Positions 12,698-24,599 of a stretch of DNA of 64,000 nucleotides are shown in pieces (position 1 is the stretch's first letter; each line of letters begins with the position of its first letter). The translations under genes were made by a program, and so were the position numbers. The notes under the pieces are model-generated. The model was given only the letters and a program-made list of their open reading frames with translations, had not been told where the DNA came from and searched no databases. Source of the stretch: Hyaloraphidium curvatum SAG 235-1 (taxonomy: Eukaryota > Fungi > Monoblepharomycota); contig JAIVFI010000004.1 of NCBI GenBank assembly GCA_025558095.1, positions 806,001 through 870,000 of the forward strand, given 5' to 3'.

Positions 12698-13170
12698 TTC
12701 GTCGTCCGGTGGCCGTACGCTGGTCGACAGAACGGAATGCGAGGTGGAGGTTGCGGGTCCACGCGGATCGCGATGTTGCCCAAGCCCCGAAAAGGCGCAG
12801 ATCGCCGGCCACCCAACAGTTCCAATATCCCGCGACATCAAGGAAGTCTACAGAGAGAGCACCCTAGGGCACTTCTCTTGATTGGAAACAGACTGTCGCC
12901 CGTTCTTTTGATGATGGTGCTTCCAAGCAAGACGTCATTGTGAGATGGCGTTGCGCAGTCATTCCTGCAGCGATCGGCCAGATGCGGCACTGATGCTTGC
13001 GGGATACTTCTGAATACTCTCCTGCGGCCATGGGAGCTGAAGGCAGGGTGCGGCGCCTGGGGACACATTTGAGCGCAAAGGCGCATCAGCTTTGCCACCG
13101 TCGACCACGCCGACTTTTCTCGTGGAAGGACCACGTCTCCCAGGGCGGAGCGAATCCCGTCTCGCTTGCG

Positions 13171-14878
13171 ATGGCTTCGTCTTTAGGCAACGATGTTGTT
13201 CCGCCCGCGCCGCCCGCGCCGCCCGTGTCGCTGGCGACGGAGGCGCCTCTGCCGTCCCCCGCGGCTGCGGACCTCCTTTCAGCCGAACACGACGTTTCCG
13301 ACGGGAGCACCGCGGACGTTGCCGTCGATGACGATCCCGCGGAGCCGGCCAAGGGCTCCGAAATGGCCGGGGCCGGGGCGGACGGGAAGGCCGTGGAGAT
13401 GGAGATGGACGAACTGAAAGCGGAGCCGCCGGAAGGGGCAACCCCCGCATTACCAGCGCCTCCAGACGGCGGCTATGGGTGGATCCTGGTCATGGCCTGT
13501 TTCCTGACGCAGGCTTTTACTTTTGGTTATCAAACCAGTTTTGGACCTTTCCAGAGGTACTGTCAACGAACCATTCCCCGCCGCCAGTTCTAACGAACAT
13601 TTCAGGTACTTCGTAACCAACCAGACGTTCGGACCTGGCACGACGAACGTGCAGATCGCCTTTGTCTCGTCGCTATGCTCGGCAATCACCTTCATCGTCG
13701 GCCCCTTCACCGCGGCCGTGATTGCCAAGATCGGGTTCCGCGCGACGGCCATCACTGGGTCGCTGCTGCTCGCGCTCGGCCTCGAGCTCGCTTCCCTTGC
13801 CAACGCCGTGTGGCAGCTTTACCTGTCCTACTCCCTCATCGGCGGCATCGGCATTGCGCTGGCGTACATCCCATCGACATCCGTCGTTCCGCAATGGTTC
13901 GGCAAGCGGATGGGGCTCGCAATGGGGATCGCAATAGCCGGTGGCGGCATCGGGGGCCTCATCCTCGCCCCCGTGAGCCAGGCATTAATGGACGCGTACG
14001 ACTGGCGCATGGCCTACCGCGTCGGCGGCGCCATCGCCGGCGGCGTGGGGAGCCTTGCCGGCCTGCTTATCAAGGCGAGGCTCCCGCCGGCGAAGCGGAC
14101 GGGCAGCCTGCTGCAGCAGTACGATTTCCACCGGTTCAAGGACTTCACGTTCACGAGGCTGTATCTTTCGATCATGATGGCCTCTCTGTCGTTCTTTGTG
14201 CCCTACGTGTTTGTGCCCCTGTACGCGGGCTCGATCGGCATCCCGCCGACGACAGCCTCGGTCATCATCGGCCTCATGAACGCCCTCAACGCGGTGTGAG
14301 TACTCCTCGGTTAGGGTGGACATGCCTGAATCTCACTCTTATCTCCAGGGGCCGTATTGTCATGGGCTTTGTCGCCGACTACTTCGGCGCAATGAACACT
14401 TGGTTGGTCCGACGGTCGCTTCTTCGCGCTCTCGAGAGCTCACCGCCGGAAACCCAGGCTCCTCAACATCTGGCTCTGCACCATGTCGATCCTCCTGATC
14501 TGGACCAACGCGTCGACGCTGGGCCTGCTCATCTTCTTCGCCGTCTGGTTCGGCTTCACCGGCGGCGCCTTCACCTCCCTGTACCCGCTCAATGCCGCCA
14601 AGATCTGGGGCGCCCAGGGCGCCGCCGCGCTCATGGGCGTCCTCTTCACCTCGCTCATCCCCGGCGGGCTCCTCGGGGCCGTACTCGGGGGCGCCATCCT
14701 GGACTCGACCACGACCGTGGCGCCGGACGGGAGCAAGCAGTACCATTTCCTGGGTCTGCAGCTCTACACCGGCTTCATGATCATGATCTCGGCGCTTATT
14801 CTCCTCTGGGTCCGGCTGGAACGGGGCAACACGATAGGGAAGGAAGGTGTGATCAAGGGCTTGAAGCTCCTCATCTGA
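13171..14878 (+). CDS. MFS transporter, monocarboxylate-porter (MCT/MCH) family, multi-exon
   Basis: PPDGGYGW motif, about 12 hydrophobic helices, QWFGKRMGLAMGIAIAGGGIGG, GRIVMGFVADYFG; several short introns. Confidence 0.92.
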
Positions 14879-14972
14879 TCATTAGAACGTGGTTGGGATC
14901 TCGAAACCGCGGCACCTGCCCCCGCCCTCCACACGTCAGCTTCCTCGCATCGCGTCCGCTTCTTGTTGCGTT

Positions 14973-15035
14973 TGGGAAAAGGGGGGGGGGGGAGGGGGAG
15001 AAAGAGAAGGGGGAAAGGGGAGAAGGAAAAAGGGA
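14973..15035. repeat. Purine-rich low-complexity (G/A) tract including a G12 run
   Basis: gggaaaagggggggggggg...ggagaaggaaaaagggag between the MFS and beta-lactamase-like genes. Confidence 0.7.
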
Positions 15036-15245
15036 GTCGACGTCGTTGAGCTTCCACACGGCAAACACGGCCGCGTTGTAGGTGATGTAGAGGAATGACG
15101 CTTCGCCGAGGGACGGAACGCGAGCCATCGCGCTGCGGCGGGCGGGAACATGAAAGTGGTGACCCGCGCGCCGCCCAATCGAACACTGTCTCCCGCGCCT
15201 TCCTCGTCGCGAATCACGTCTCGATCGCCGGCGAACCGCACGTAA

Positions 15246-16828
15246 ATGTCGGCATCGTCGGCCTCGGGCGCCGGCCCGGCGGTTGCCGCAGCCCTCGGCG
15301 CCGCCGCGCTCGCCTCCCTCTCCCTCGCCCGCAGCGGCGCCCACGCCACCACGGTTCCCTCCCTCACCTTCAACACCCTCGGGCGGCCGACGACCTACGT
15401 CGGGGGCTACGTTGCACCGGGCTACGAGGCCGTGCTGGACGCGTACAGGGCCAACTTCGAGGCGGGGGACGAAGTCGGCTCGACGCTCACCATCATGGTC
15501 AAGGGGAGAAAGGTCGTGGACCTGCACGGCGGGTGGACGGACGCGAGCTTCAAGACGCCCTACTCGGGCGAGACGGTCAACGTCGTGTTCTCGGCCGGCA
15601 AAGCGGTCGAGACCTTTGTCGCGCTCTACTGCATCTCGAAGGGCCATTTCAAGCTGGAGGACAAGATCGCGTCCATTTGGCCAGAGTTTGACGCCGGGGG
15701 CAAAGAAGACGTGACCGTAGAGGACCTCCTAGCGCACCGCGGCGGCGTGGCATGGCTAGATAAGGACCGCAACACCGTCTCCGTGGTCGACATGCGCGAG
15801 GAGAACCTCGGCGCGCTGGCGGACAGGATCGCGGGGCAGCCCCACAACTTCCCCGGCGGAAACAAGCAGGCCTACCACGCCATCACCCGCGGATGGTACC
15901 TCAACGAGATCATCCGCCGGCAGACGGGGATGTCGATGGGCAGGATCTGGCGCGAGGTGCTCAACCCGCTCCTCGGGACCGAGATCTTTGTCGGGCTGCC
16001 CGAGGAGGAGCAGTGGCGGCGCGCGGACCTTGTCGCGTACCCGCTGTGGAAAACGGTTACGCGGCAGTACCTCCCCGGGGCCGTCACGGGGCAGACAGCC
16101 CTGCCCGTCGTGAGTTGACGCTGCTTGCCCGCACGGTGGTCACACGGACTTACTGTGCGCCCCAATCGCCACAGGACCCATCTCACCAGGAATTCCTCCG
16201 CAACCCGCGCGCCTACCTCTCCCGCGGCGACGTCCCCCCTCGTATTTTGATCATGATGACGTCCCCCCGCATGCCTCCCCCGCATTCGGCCGTCCCGTTC
16301 CCCGAACGGTGCAACCTCCCCTCCTACACCGCCGGCGAGGGCACCAGCTTCTGCACCGTGACCAACGCGCGCTCGCTCGCCAAGGTTGCGGCGGTGCTGG
16401 CTGCGGGTGGCACCGCCGAGGTCCGGGACCCGGTCGGCGGGGGAACCAAGGCGGTCAGGCTGGTGGATCCCGGTGTGCTCGAAGCGGCGCTGGAAATGGC
16501 GCCCGACCTGGGGCCGGACGTGAACCTGGGGCCGTCGATGCCGCCTCTGACACGGTGCGGCTTCGGCAGGGGGCAGGGATACAGGGTTCCCAACTCGTTC
16601 CGGGGGGACGACGGCGCTTTCAGGCCAAAGGATTCTGACTGGGACTGGATGGGGTGGGATGGTATGGGCGGCAATATGTGCGTTTTCGAGAGGACGAGGG
16701 GGATCGCGGTTGGGTACGCTGTGAATGGCCTGCATCCAGGGGGCGGTTGGAACGACCGCAGGCTCGGCAGGGTGCTGGAGGCCTTTGCTGCGTGCTTCGA
16801 CAAGGCGGAGGGCAGGTCCAAGCTGTGA
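15246..16828 (+). CDS. Beta-lactamase/transpeptidase-like serine hydrolase, C-terminal SKL
   Basis: GYVAPGYEAV, SxxK (FSAGK), WPEF, LLAHRGG, AYHAITRGWYLNE, GWDGMGG; intron near 16110-16173; ends GRSKL*. Confidence 0.9.
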
Positions 16829-16868
16829 ATTGCACCGACATGAACTAGACCGATTTGGGTATCGCGCC

Positions 16869-18122
16869 TCAATCATCCTCGCTCTCGCTCAACAGCACCG
16901 CCCTCCTCTTCCTCCGCGGGGCCACCACGCTCCCCTCGCTCTCCTCCTCCACCGCCGCGTCGTCGTCGCTCCACCTGATCCGCGCGCCCGCCTCTTCTTC
17001 CTCTTCTTCCGACGAGGAGGTGGACGCCGGGCGCGGGGGCCGGCGTCGCGCGCGGGGTACCTGGCCGATGTCCGCCGACGAGGCGCCCGAGCCCGACGCT
17101 GATTCCGATCCTGATTCCGAGCCCGACTCCGATCCCGAGTTAGATTCCGATTCCGAGGCCTGCGCGGATTCCTCGGAGGGCGAGTGCTGCGACGCGTCGG
17201 CGCCGTCCGTCACGAACGAGTCGTCCGACGCCGGGACCCCATCCGGTGCGGCACCCCGCGCGCCGGGTTCCGAGCCCGACGCCGACTCGTCGATGTCCTC
17301 TGCCACGCCGTGGTCCGGATCGTCCTCCCCGAAAGACCCGTCCTCCTCAACGCCGTCTGGGAGATCCTCATCGTCGAACGATTCGTCGCCCGAACCGCCG
17401 CCGCCGAGGTAGTAATCCACGTCCCCGCTCCCCACCTCGCTGTCGCTGTACGCCTCCGCGTCGAGCCACTCCCCGCCGTCGTCGGGGAAGTCCCCGTACT
17501 CCCCGTCCCACACCGCGCCGCACCGCTCGCAGGCGCCGTCGTCCTCCTCGAGCTCGAAAAGGCACGAGGGACACCGCACGACGCCATCCGCGGCGTCGAA
17601 GACCGGGAGGTTGCTGGGGGGCTGCGGGAACAGCTCGGCCCAGGGGTCCGTGCCGGCGGGAGGGCGGGCCGCGGATTCGCGTGCGGCGTGCTCCGCGGCG
17701 TGGCCCTGCAGCGAGGCCGCGAGCGAGGCGAATTCGGCGGCGGCGAGGTTGGGCGCCGGGCGGGAGACGCACGGGCGGCGGCACTGCGGGCACCAAAGGC
17801 GGGTGCGGCCGGGTGCGGCGGCGAGGGAGGAGAAGTGCGATTTCAGGCACGGCGAGCAGAAGGAGTGGCCGCAGCCGGGGAGCAGGTGCGGCGCGCAGAG
17901 GATGTCGAGACAGATGCCGCACGTGGCGGCGTGGGCAAGCTTGGCGGCGGCGGCGGGCGGGAGGGGCGGGGCGGGAGGGCTCGCCGAGGGGGCTGCCCCG
18001 TGGCCGGCGGGTTCTGCCGCCTGGGCCGAGTCCTGCGCCGACACCGCCGACGCCGAGCCCTGCGATGCGGCAGCCGGCTCGATCTCGGCCACGATCCACC
18101 GCGAGCGGTGTGGGCTCGGCAT
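16869..18122 (-). CDS. RING-HC E3 ubiquitin ligase with second C4 zinc finger and acidic tail (Psh1-like)
   Basis: CGICLDIL..CGHSFCSPC..CPQCR RING; DGVVRCPSCLFELE...CERCG; long D/E/S-rich C-terminus with RRKRR; probable ATG at 18122. Confidence 0.8.
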   Translation of the reverse strand: MPSPHRSRWIVAEIEPAAASQGSASAVSAQDSAQAAEPAGHGAAPSASPPAPPLPPAAAAKLAHAATCGICLDILCAPHLLPGCGHSFCSPCLKSHFSSLAAAPGRTRLWCPQCRRPCVSRPAPNLAAAEFASLAASLQGHAAEHAARESAARPPAGTDPWAELFPQPPSNLPVFDAADGVVRCPSCLFELEEDDGACERCGAVWDGEYGDFPDDGGEWLDAEAYSDSEVGSGDVDYYLGGGGSGDESFDDEDLPDGVEEDGSFGEDDPDHGVAEDIDESASGSEPGARGAAPDGVPASDDSFVTDGADASQHSPSEESAQASESESNSGSESGSESGSESASGSGASSADIGQVPRARRRPPRPASTSSSEEEEEEAGARIRWSDDDAAVEEESEGSVVAPRRKRRAVLLSESEDD

Positions 18123-18882
18123 CTTTCGGGCGCCCGGGGCGAACTGGTCACGGGGCGTAAACAAGGCACGCGGGGCCGAACTCCGGGGAGCGGCGCGTGC
18201 CCGGACCTCGAAGCACGGAGAATAGGCTCGGGAGAACGAGCACGAGGAGCTTGAGGCCAGTCGATGCCCGCGAGGACGGCCCAGGCTCACCAGAAGCGTG
18301 TGTTTTGTTGGGCTCTCAGATGGGCGTCGCGCGGGGTGTGTAATGGGCGTCGCGACACCGGTCTCAATGAATCCGGGGTCGCCCCACAGGAAGTTCAATC
18401 TTTGATGCAGCGAACAATAGCTCGCGCTCATGGGAGGGGGGCCGAGTTCGACGACGTAATGGTCTCGGTGATGATCAGACTGGGTGGCGTGCGCACACTC
18501 ATGGTCGACGCTGCCTGCGCCCTCGATACTCGTTTCTTGCCGGAATCATCACATCGGCCACAGCCCCCGACATACAGCACCCGCTGAGGAGACGCGGCTC
18601 TACCCCAAGCCTCTTCATCCTCCCGGCCGATCCCGTGGCTCACATGCGAGCGCGGAAGGAGGTGGAGCGGACACGGCCTTGAGCCATGCTATTCAACGCC
18701 TGTAGCGGTGACTGGTGTCTCGATGTAGGCCCGACTTGTTCCTCTCAATGCCATCCGATATCGGCCCTGGCTGCCTAGTATTGCGGTCCACGATCAAAGA
18801 TTGCCCCCGATAGTTCGGCAAGAAGCTGACATGGATAGTTCAACGCGGACTTAGATCGGCGTGTTCAACGACTACTTAACAA

Positions 18883-20415
18883 ATGGACACTCCTCCGCCG
18901 CAGCCCCCGCTCCCGGGCGGCCTCACTTCGCGCGAATGGCTTTGCATCCTTCCCGCGCCAGTATCGCCCCGCGGCGAGTTGGGCGAGCGGGACCCGGCCG
19001 ACCCCGCGGCCCGTGCGAGACAAGACGACCCGCTTTCCCCAGCTGCCGCGCTGACGGCGGCCGCCGCCGACCCTTTGCTGCGGCGGCTGACACACGTTTC
19101 GTTTGCTCTCGCGCCTCTGGCCGCCCGCGGCGTTCTGAGGGTGGCGCTGAGCAATATCACGGCAGCGCTGCTCGCCGGCTTTTTGTGGACCAACGGGCGA
19201 GACCAGTTCGGGCAAGCGCAGATCGCAGCCACAACCGCGGTTTTCGTCATGGAGGTCTTTGGGATGGGCTTGGGAGTGCCGCTGGCAATCGCGGCGGCAG
19301 GCGGCGACCCGCGGCAGCCACAGCCCGCGGCGGCGCACAAGAGCGGCATCCTACGAGCCGCCACGTTGGACGCGTGGCCCGAAGCGGGGTTTTGGAGGTA
19401 CCGACGGCTGGCCGCCTCATCGGAAAGCGCTGTCCTGCCGGACGGCAAACCCCTACTCCTCCTCGAGCACTTTGAAGGCGACCAGGACTGCTGCTGCCCC
19501 CGACCAACATGCGCGGGCCCCCTCGCCGCGCGCTCCGCCCAGCTGCGCCTCCTGCTCCTGCTCGGCTCCGTGCTCTACGCGGCCTTCTACATCCTCGCCA
19601 AGCACTACACATTCTGGGTCACCCTCGGCCCGCAGCTGTGGACCTCCCCATGGGCCGTGCTCGGCGCCCTCGCGGTGGCTAATCTCTTCATCAACGAGGG
19701 CGTGAGCTTCTCGGGCGGGTCAGTGTACACCGACAACGTCGCGGTGCGGGAGCTCGACCGCCGGCTGCAGCTGCGCACGGTGCAGTCAGCGCTCGTCGCC
19801 CTGGTGGACCACTTCCGTGGGATGGTCGACTCCGGCACGAACGGTCCGGCAACGGACGCCGAGCATCATTACGCCGAGATCGTCCCCCTGCTGAGGTGCA
19901 GGTGGCAGCAGGACGACTTGCTCCCCCAGATGGCCGCCGCTTCAGTCGCCATCGTCGCAAACGCCCTCGTCGGCATCGTCGTCTACGTGTCCACGGGGAG
20001 CTGCATCCCCGCCTACACCCTCGGTTTCGTCGGCATCGGCCTCTTGCTGCTCGCGTACGTTCTGACCAACGCCGTGATTGGCAACGCCCGCATCGTGCGC
20101 ACCTCTTCCCTGCTGCTCTCCGCCTCGCTCTCGCTCCGGAAACTCCTCTCCTCCCTCGAATCCTCCCCACCCTCTCCCGCAGGCGACCGCCTCGCGCGCC
20201 GCCTCGCGGCGCACGCGGACGTGCTGGATCGCCTCGCGGACGTCCGCGGCGCCGGTGCCAGGCTGCTCGGCGCTCCCGTGACGGCGGGGCTGGCGAGGAG
20301 GCTGCTCGCTGGAGCGCTGACGGCGGGCTTCGCGGCGTGGACTGTGTTGCGGGCCACGGAGGTGGTGGTGACGATTCAGTGCGTGTGCCCGTCGCAGGGG
20401 GCCGATGCTGCTTGA
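18883..20415 (+). CDS. Multi-pass membrane protein of a lineage-expanded family (paralog of 54358-55727)
   Basis: 510-aa intronless ORF with several hydrophobic segments; motifs shared with the copy at 54-55 kb (GDxDCxC, DNVA..LxRRL, GxCIPA, WTVLR). Confidence 0.75.
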   Translation: MDTPPPQPPLPGGLTSREWLCILPAPVSPRGELGERDPADPAARARQDDPLSPAAALTAAAADPLLRRLTHVSFALAPLAARGVLRVALSNITAALLAGFLWTNGRDQFGQAQIAATTAVFVMEVFGMGLGVPLAIAAAGGDPRQPQPAAAHKSGILRAATLDAWPEAGFWRYRRLAASSESAVLPDGKPLLLLEHFEGDQDCCCPRPTCAGPLAARSAQLRLLLLLGSVLYAAFYILAKHYTFWVTLGPQLWTSPWAVLGALAVANLFINEGVSFSGGSVYTDNVAVRELDRRLQLRTVQSALVALVDHFRGMVDSGTNGPATDAEHHYAEIVPLLRCRWQQDDLLPQMAAASVAIVANALVGIVVYVSTGSCIPAYTLGFVGIGLLLLAYVLTNAVIGNARIVRTSSLLLSASLSLRKLLSSLESSPPSPAGDRLARRLAAHADVLDRLADVRGAGARLLGAPVTAGLARRLLAGALTAGFAAWTVLRATEVVVTIQCVCPSQGADAA

Positions 20416-20774
20416 TGTAACCAACGTGATGTTGTAGCTCCGAGTGCGGCGTTTCCGTCACAGGGACGTGCCGGGATTCTCGGAGCATCAGGCTTGCCCG
20501 GGCGTTTAGGGCGTCTCTACTACTTGTACGCGCGGCCGTGAGCTGATGACGTCGTCGCAACTGAGTGGAAGCGGATCAAACACGGTCATCCGGCTTCCTG
20601 CCTGCTTCAGTCGTGCCACCACCATTGATTCTTCGGCCCGGAGTGCACTCCACTCCGCACCGTCTTCAAGAGGTTTGAGCCGGTTAGCGCCGAAGAAATG
20701 GTATCAACGGTCCTTAAGGCGAGCGCGACGCGTCCCTACAACGAAGGCCTCCCGCACCCCGCCACCATCCCGCG

Positions 20775-21813
20775 ATGGCGTCCTCCGCGGGCCGCCTAAT
20801 ATCTCCCTGCCTATTTTCCCGGCCGGCGGTTCTGCTGCCCCCGCTCGCCCGGGCGCAGTCCGCGCTCCCGGCCGTCGCGCCGCGCGGGCTCACGCCCGCG
20901 GACCGCCGCGCGCGCGCCCTCGCGCGCCTCCGCCAGCTGCGCGAGGACGCCGCCACCGACGGCGCCGCCGCGTACCTCCCGCCGCCGTACCTGCTCCCCG
21001 GCGGCCGCAGTCCCTTGGGCGCCGCCGCGGCCGTCACGCTGCCCGCCCTACTCGCCGCCGGCCTGCACCTCGGCCACAAGCCGCGGCGCCTGTCGCCGTA
21101 CATGCTGCCGTACATCTTCGGCGAGCGCGCAGGCGTGCACATCATCAACCTCGAGCACACTCTGGCGGCGCTGAGGCGGGCGATGAACGTCGCCAGGGAG
21201 ATCGCCGCCCGGGGGGGCGCCATCCTGTTCGTCGGCCAGCGCCCCGCTCTGCACCGGATCGCGGTCGACGCGGCGAAGGAGTCGGGCGGGTACTTTTGCA
21301 TCGACTGGAAGGAGGGCCTGGTGACCAACAAGGAGCGCATGCTGAAGCGGAGCACGGGGTTCGACCCCTCGCGCGCCGTGCAGCGCGAACCCGCACCCGG
21401 CGTCGCGCCGATCCTCTTCCAGCCGACCGTAAGCACCGGCTGCTCCGCCTTCCGCTCCCCGCCTGATCGCTCCCCGGCCCGGCGTGCAGGTCCACACGCC
21501 GCACCTCATCGTCTTCCTCGACATGCCCAACACCATGCCCGCCGTCTACGAAGCCATCCAGTGCGGCATCCCCACCGTCGCCGTGGTCGACACCGACATG
21601 GACCCCCGGAAAGTCACATACCCCGTGCCCGGGAACGACGACTCGGCGGCGAGCGTCGGGTACGTCGCGGAATGCTTGGCGAGGGCGGCGAGGGAGGGGC
21701 TGGAGGTGCGGACGGCGGGGGTGACGGGGAAGCAGGCGCGGCCGGTGAGGAAGGTGGAGAGGAAGGAGGAGGGGGAGGCGTCGTGGGGGGAGGGGTGGGA
21801 CGCGCCGACGTGA
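20775..21813 (+). CDS. MRP4: Mitochondrial ribosomal protein uS2m
   Basis: LLAAGLHLGH, YIFGERAGVHIINL, ILFVG, IPTVAVVDTDMDPRKVTYPVPGNDDS; presequence-like N-terminus; intron about 21429-21490. Confidence 0.92.
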
Positions 21814-21994
21814 GCTCCGCGGCCGAGGGGGAGGGGAGGTTAGCGGGTTCAGATAGGACCCCCAAGCGTCACAGTCACGCGACGTCGTCGACAGGCTCCT
21901 TATGCCTTGGCAAATGGCCCCTTTGCGATCAGCGGGGTGCGATCAGCGCCTGTGATAGAGACCGGAAGTACATCATCAAGGAGATCTACTACTG

Positions 21995-22588
21995 ATGCTG
22001 TACTTCCGAACACGTCGGAAGCGGGACGAAATCACCAAACCCGGCCTCCGCCATGCTCCGCACCGCCTCGTTTCCGTGCGTGCGCACCTTCCCGTTCGTC
22101 CACTGCGGCTTGTCGACGTTCCTCGCCCGCCGGCGGTCCTCGGGGCCCGGCCCCTGGGGGCGAGCGCCGCGGATGTGCCCAACGTCAACGACCTTCTGCG
22201 CACGCTCGTCAGCGGCCGTCGCGAGCAGTTCTGGCAGCGTTACTTCCTGTCGGACCCACCGTTCCTGCGGACCATGGCTCGGTGCAGTGGGCAGCAGGAG
22301 GCCGTCAGCAGGGCAATTGAGAGGAACAAGCGTGATGCACTTGAGAAGCTGGCGAGGAGCGAAGCTCAAAGTATGGTTGGCCTTTACAGGTACCTCTGCG
22401 AAGGCATCCACAATCCGCGTGGGGTGCACTTTCTTCCGATCGCGGCCGGCGACAGAAGGCGTGTTTGTCAGCTGCAGGGGATCGCCGACGCCTTCAAGGT
22501 CGAGTGGCGGGTCATAGATCGGGCAGACATCGGCATCGACAAGGTCTACGCCCCCGTCCCCGGAGATTCGGCAGAGGGCGACACGTGA
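21995..22588 (+). CDS. Hypothetical protein (possibly a fragment)
   Basis: 197-aa ORF with globular-looking composition; no recognised motif; start uncertain. Confidence 0.3.
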   Translation: MLYFRTRRKRDEITKPGLRHAPHRLVSVRAHLPVRPLRLVDVPRPPAVLGARPLGASAADVPNVNDLLRTLVSGRREQFWQRYFLSDPPFLRTMARCSGQQEAVSRAIERNKRDALEKLARSEAQSMVGLYRYLCEGIHNPRGVHFLPIAAGDRRRVCQLQGIADAFKVEWRVIDRADIGIDKVYAPVPGDSAEGDT

Positions 22589-22900
22589 CGAAGGCCTGCT
22601 CGGGAATTTCGTACGGAAAGGGGGCCGAAGATTCGGGTACGGCCCGACGAGGCGCCTTTCTCGCGTCGGGTTCTTTTGGGCGAGGCTGTGTGGCGCGATC
22701 GAAGAAGCAAGAGGAGCTTTGGCGTGGAGCCCGCGTGTACTTTCCTTTGATTCCTTTGTCAATGATACTCCTTTCGTGACTGACGCTCGTGCAGCCGCCA
22801 CCCGCGCAGTGTCTCCCAAATCCCACACTCACAAATCCCACCCACCCCCCGGAAACGAGGGCCCAAATCCCAACCCAACGGTCCTCACCGCATCACCCAG

Positions 22901-24171
22901 ATGGCCACCGACCCTGCCGTCGTCCTGCACGGCGTGCGTGACCTGCGGCTCGACCAGGTGCCGCGGCCGAGCCCCGGCCCCGGCGAGGTCCTCGTGCGCA
23001 ACCGCGCGTGCGGCATCTGCGGTTCCGACTTGCACTGGTGGAAGGGAGAAATGCCGGTGCGCACCTTCCCATTCCCGATGGGCCATGAAGCGAGCGGAAT
23101 CATCGAGGCGGTCGGGGACGGGGTCAAGAATCTCAAAGTCGGCGACCGCGTGGCGATGAAACCCGGCGCGGGGACGGCGATGCTCGCTCGCTACTCGAAG
23201 CAGATAGCCGAGAACTGCTTCGTGCTCCCGCCGCACGTGTCGTTCGAGGAGGGGGCCTTTGTCGAGCCGTGAGGTTTACCGCGCCCCGGACGGACACCTG
23301 CCGACCCCGCGTCCCGTCACAGGCTCGCGGTCGGTCTTCACGCCGTCAAGCGCGCCGGTTTCCCTGTCTCGGCAACGTCCACCGCCCCAAGGCCGTCCAA
23401 CATCCTCGTCATCGGGGCCGGACCGATCGGGCAGACGGTGTTGGTCTGCGCCAAGGCGTTGGGTGCGGCGTGGGTCGGCGTGGTCGACAAGCGCGAGGAC
23501 AGGCTCGAGGCTGCGGCGAAAGTGGGTCTCGGAGTCTGAGTAGGTCGTCTGCTGGATTCTTACATGTCTTCGTGTTCGAAGATCGGCGCCGATGCCACTA
23601 TCGTCCCGCCATCCGGACTGGCCCCCGGCGAAACTCCTCCTCCCGAAGCCGGTTTCTTCACCGAGCGGGTCCCCGAGTCTACCTGGGCGCTCGCCAACCG
23701 CGTCAAGGCCGTCGTCCCGAATGGCGGGGCTGTGGATGCCGTCGTGGACTGCGTGGGAGTCACCGAGACCCTCAACGTGGGTTCGCCCGCGGCAATCTTT
23801 CCGCTCGCCCTCATTTCCCAGCAGACCGCCCTCACCCTCGTCAAACCCCACGGCGCGGTGGTCAACGTCGGCATCGGCGCCTTCAAGAGCAACGGCCTCG
23901 ACCTGATCCTGATGGCGCTCAAGCAGGTCGACCTCAAGGGCGTGTTTGCGTACCCGGAGGAGTACCCCGAGGCCCTGGAGCTCATCGCTTCGGGTCGCGT
24001 GGACGTCAAGCCGCTGATCTCCCACGTGATGCCGATCGAGGACTTTGAGAAGGGATACCAGACGGTGGGTCGGTCGCGGGCGGGCCGATTCTTGGGAGTC
24101 TGACGTAGGCTCGGTGTCGATAGGCGCTGGACGCAAAAGCAGGCAGTGTGAAAGTGATGTTTTCCCTGTAG
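22901..24171 (+). CDS. Zn-dependent medium-chain polyol (sorbitol/xylitol-type) dehydrogenase, multi-exon
   Basis: CGICGSDLH, GHEASG, VGDRVA, SFEEGAFVEP, GAGPIG, VDVKPLISH, VKVMFSL*; introns near 23269-23322, 23523-23581, 23777-23824, 24065-24123. Confidence 0.9.
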
Positions 24172-24599
24172 CGCTAGTACGTGGACACCCGTTTTGCTCG
24201 GGATTGGGCCGGGTTCGGGATCGTGGAGGCGGAGGTGGAGGAGGCATCGTGGGAAGGGGGACAGTGGGATGCTGGGACCAACAAGTGGTGAATCCACGCA
24301 CCGGCCAGGCGGTTCGGAACGAACGGCTGGCGATTCGCTGGGTTAGCAAGGTTCCACCGGGTGGACGATCACCCGGGAAGCAAAGACTAAGCCATTGAGA
24401 GCCACGAAGCGCTCGCGCCGGGGGTTTTCAAGTCTTGGCCTGCCGTGGCAAAGGGGGATCAGCAGGAAGTCCGAGAAACTGTCTGCGATCTGCGATTCCG
24501 TGTCTTCAGATTACATTGCCCGCCCGAAGACTTCATTCCCATCGTTGGTTACTTGGCCGCGGCTCATCCCTCCCAGCCCCATTTCGCCCTCGAAGTGCC

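Noticed and set aside
17040-17300. Short tandem ccgagcccgac/gattccga-like repeats
   Set aside because: They encode the SGSE low-complexity tail of the RING protein
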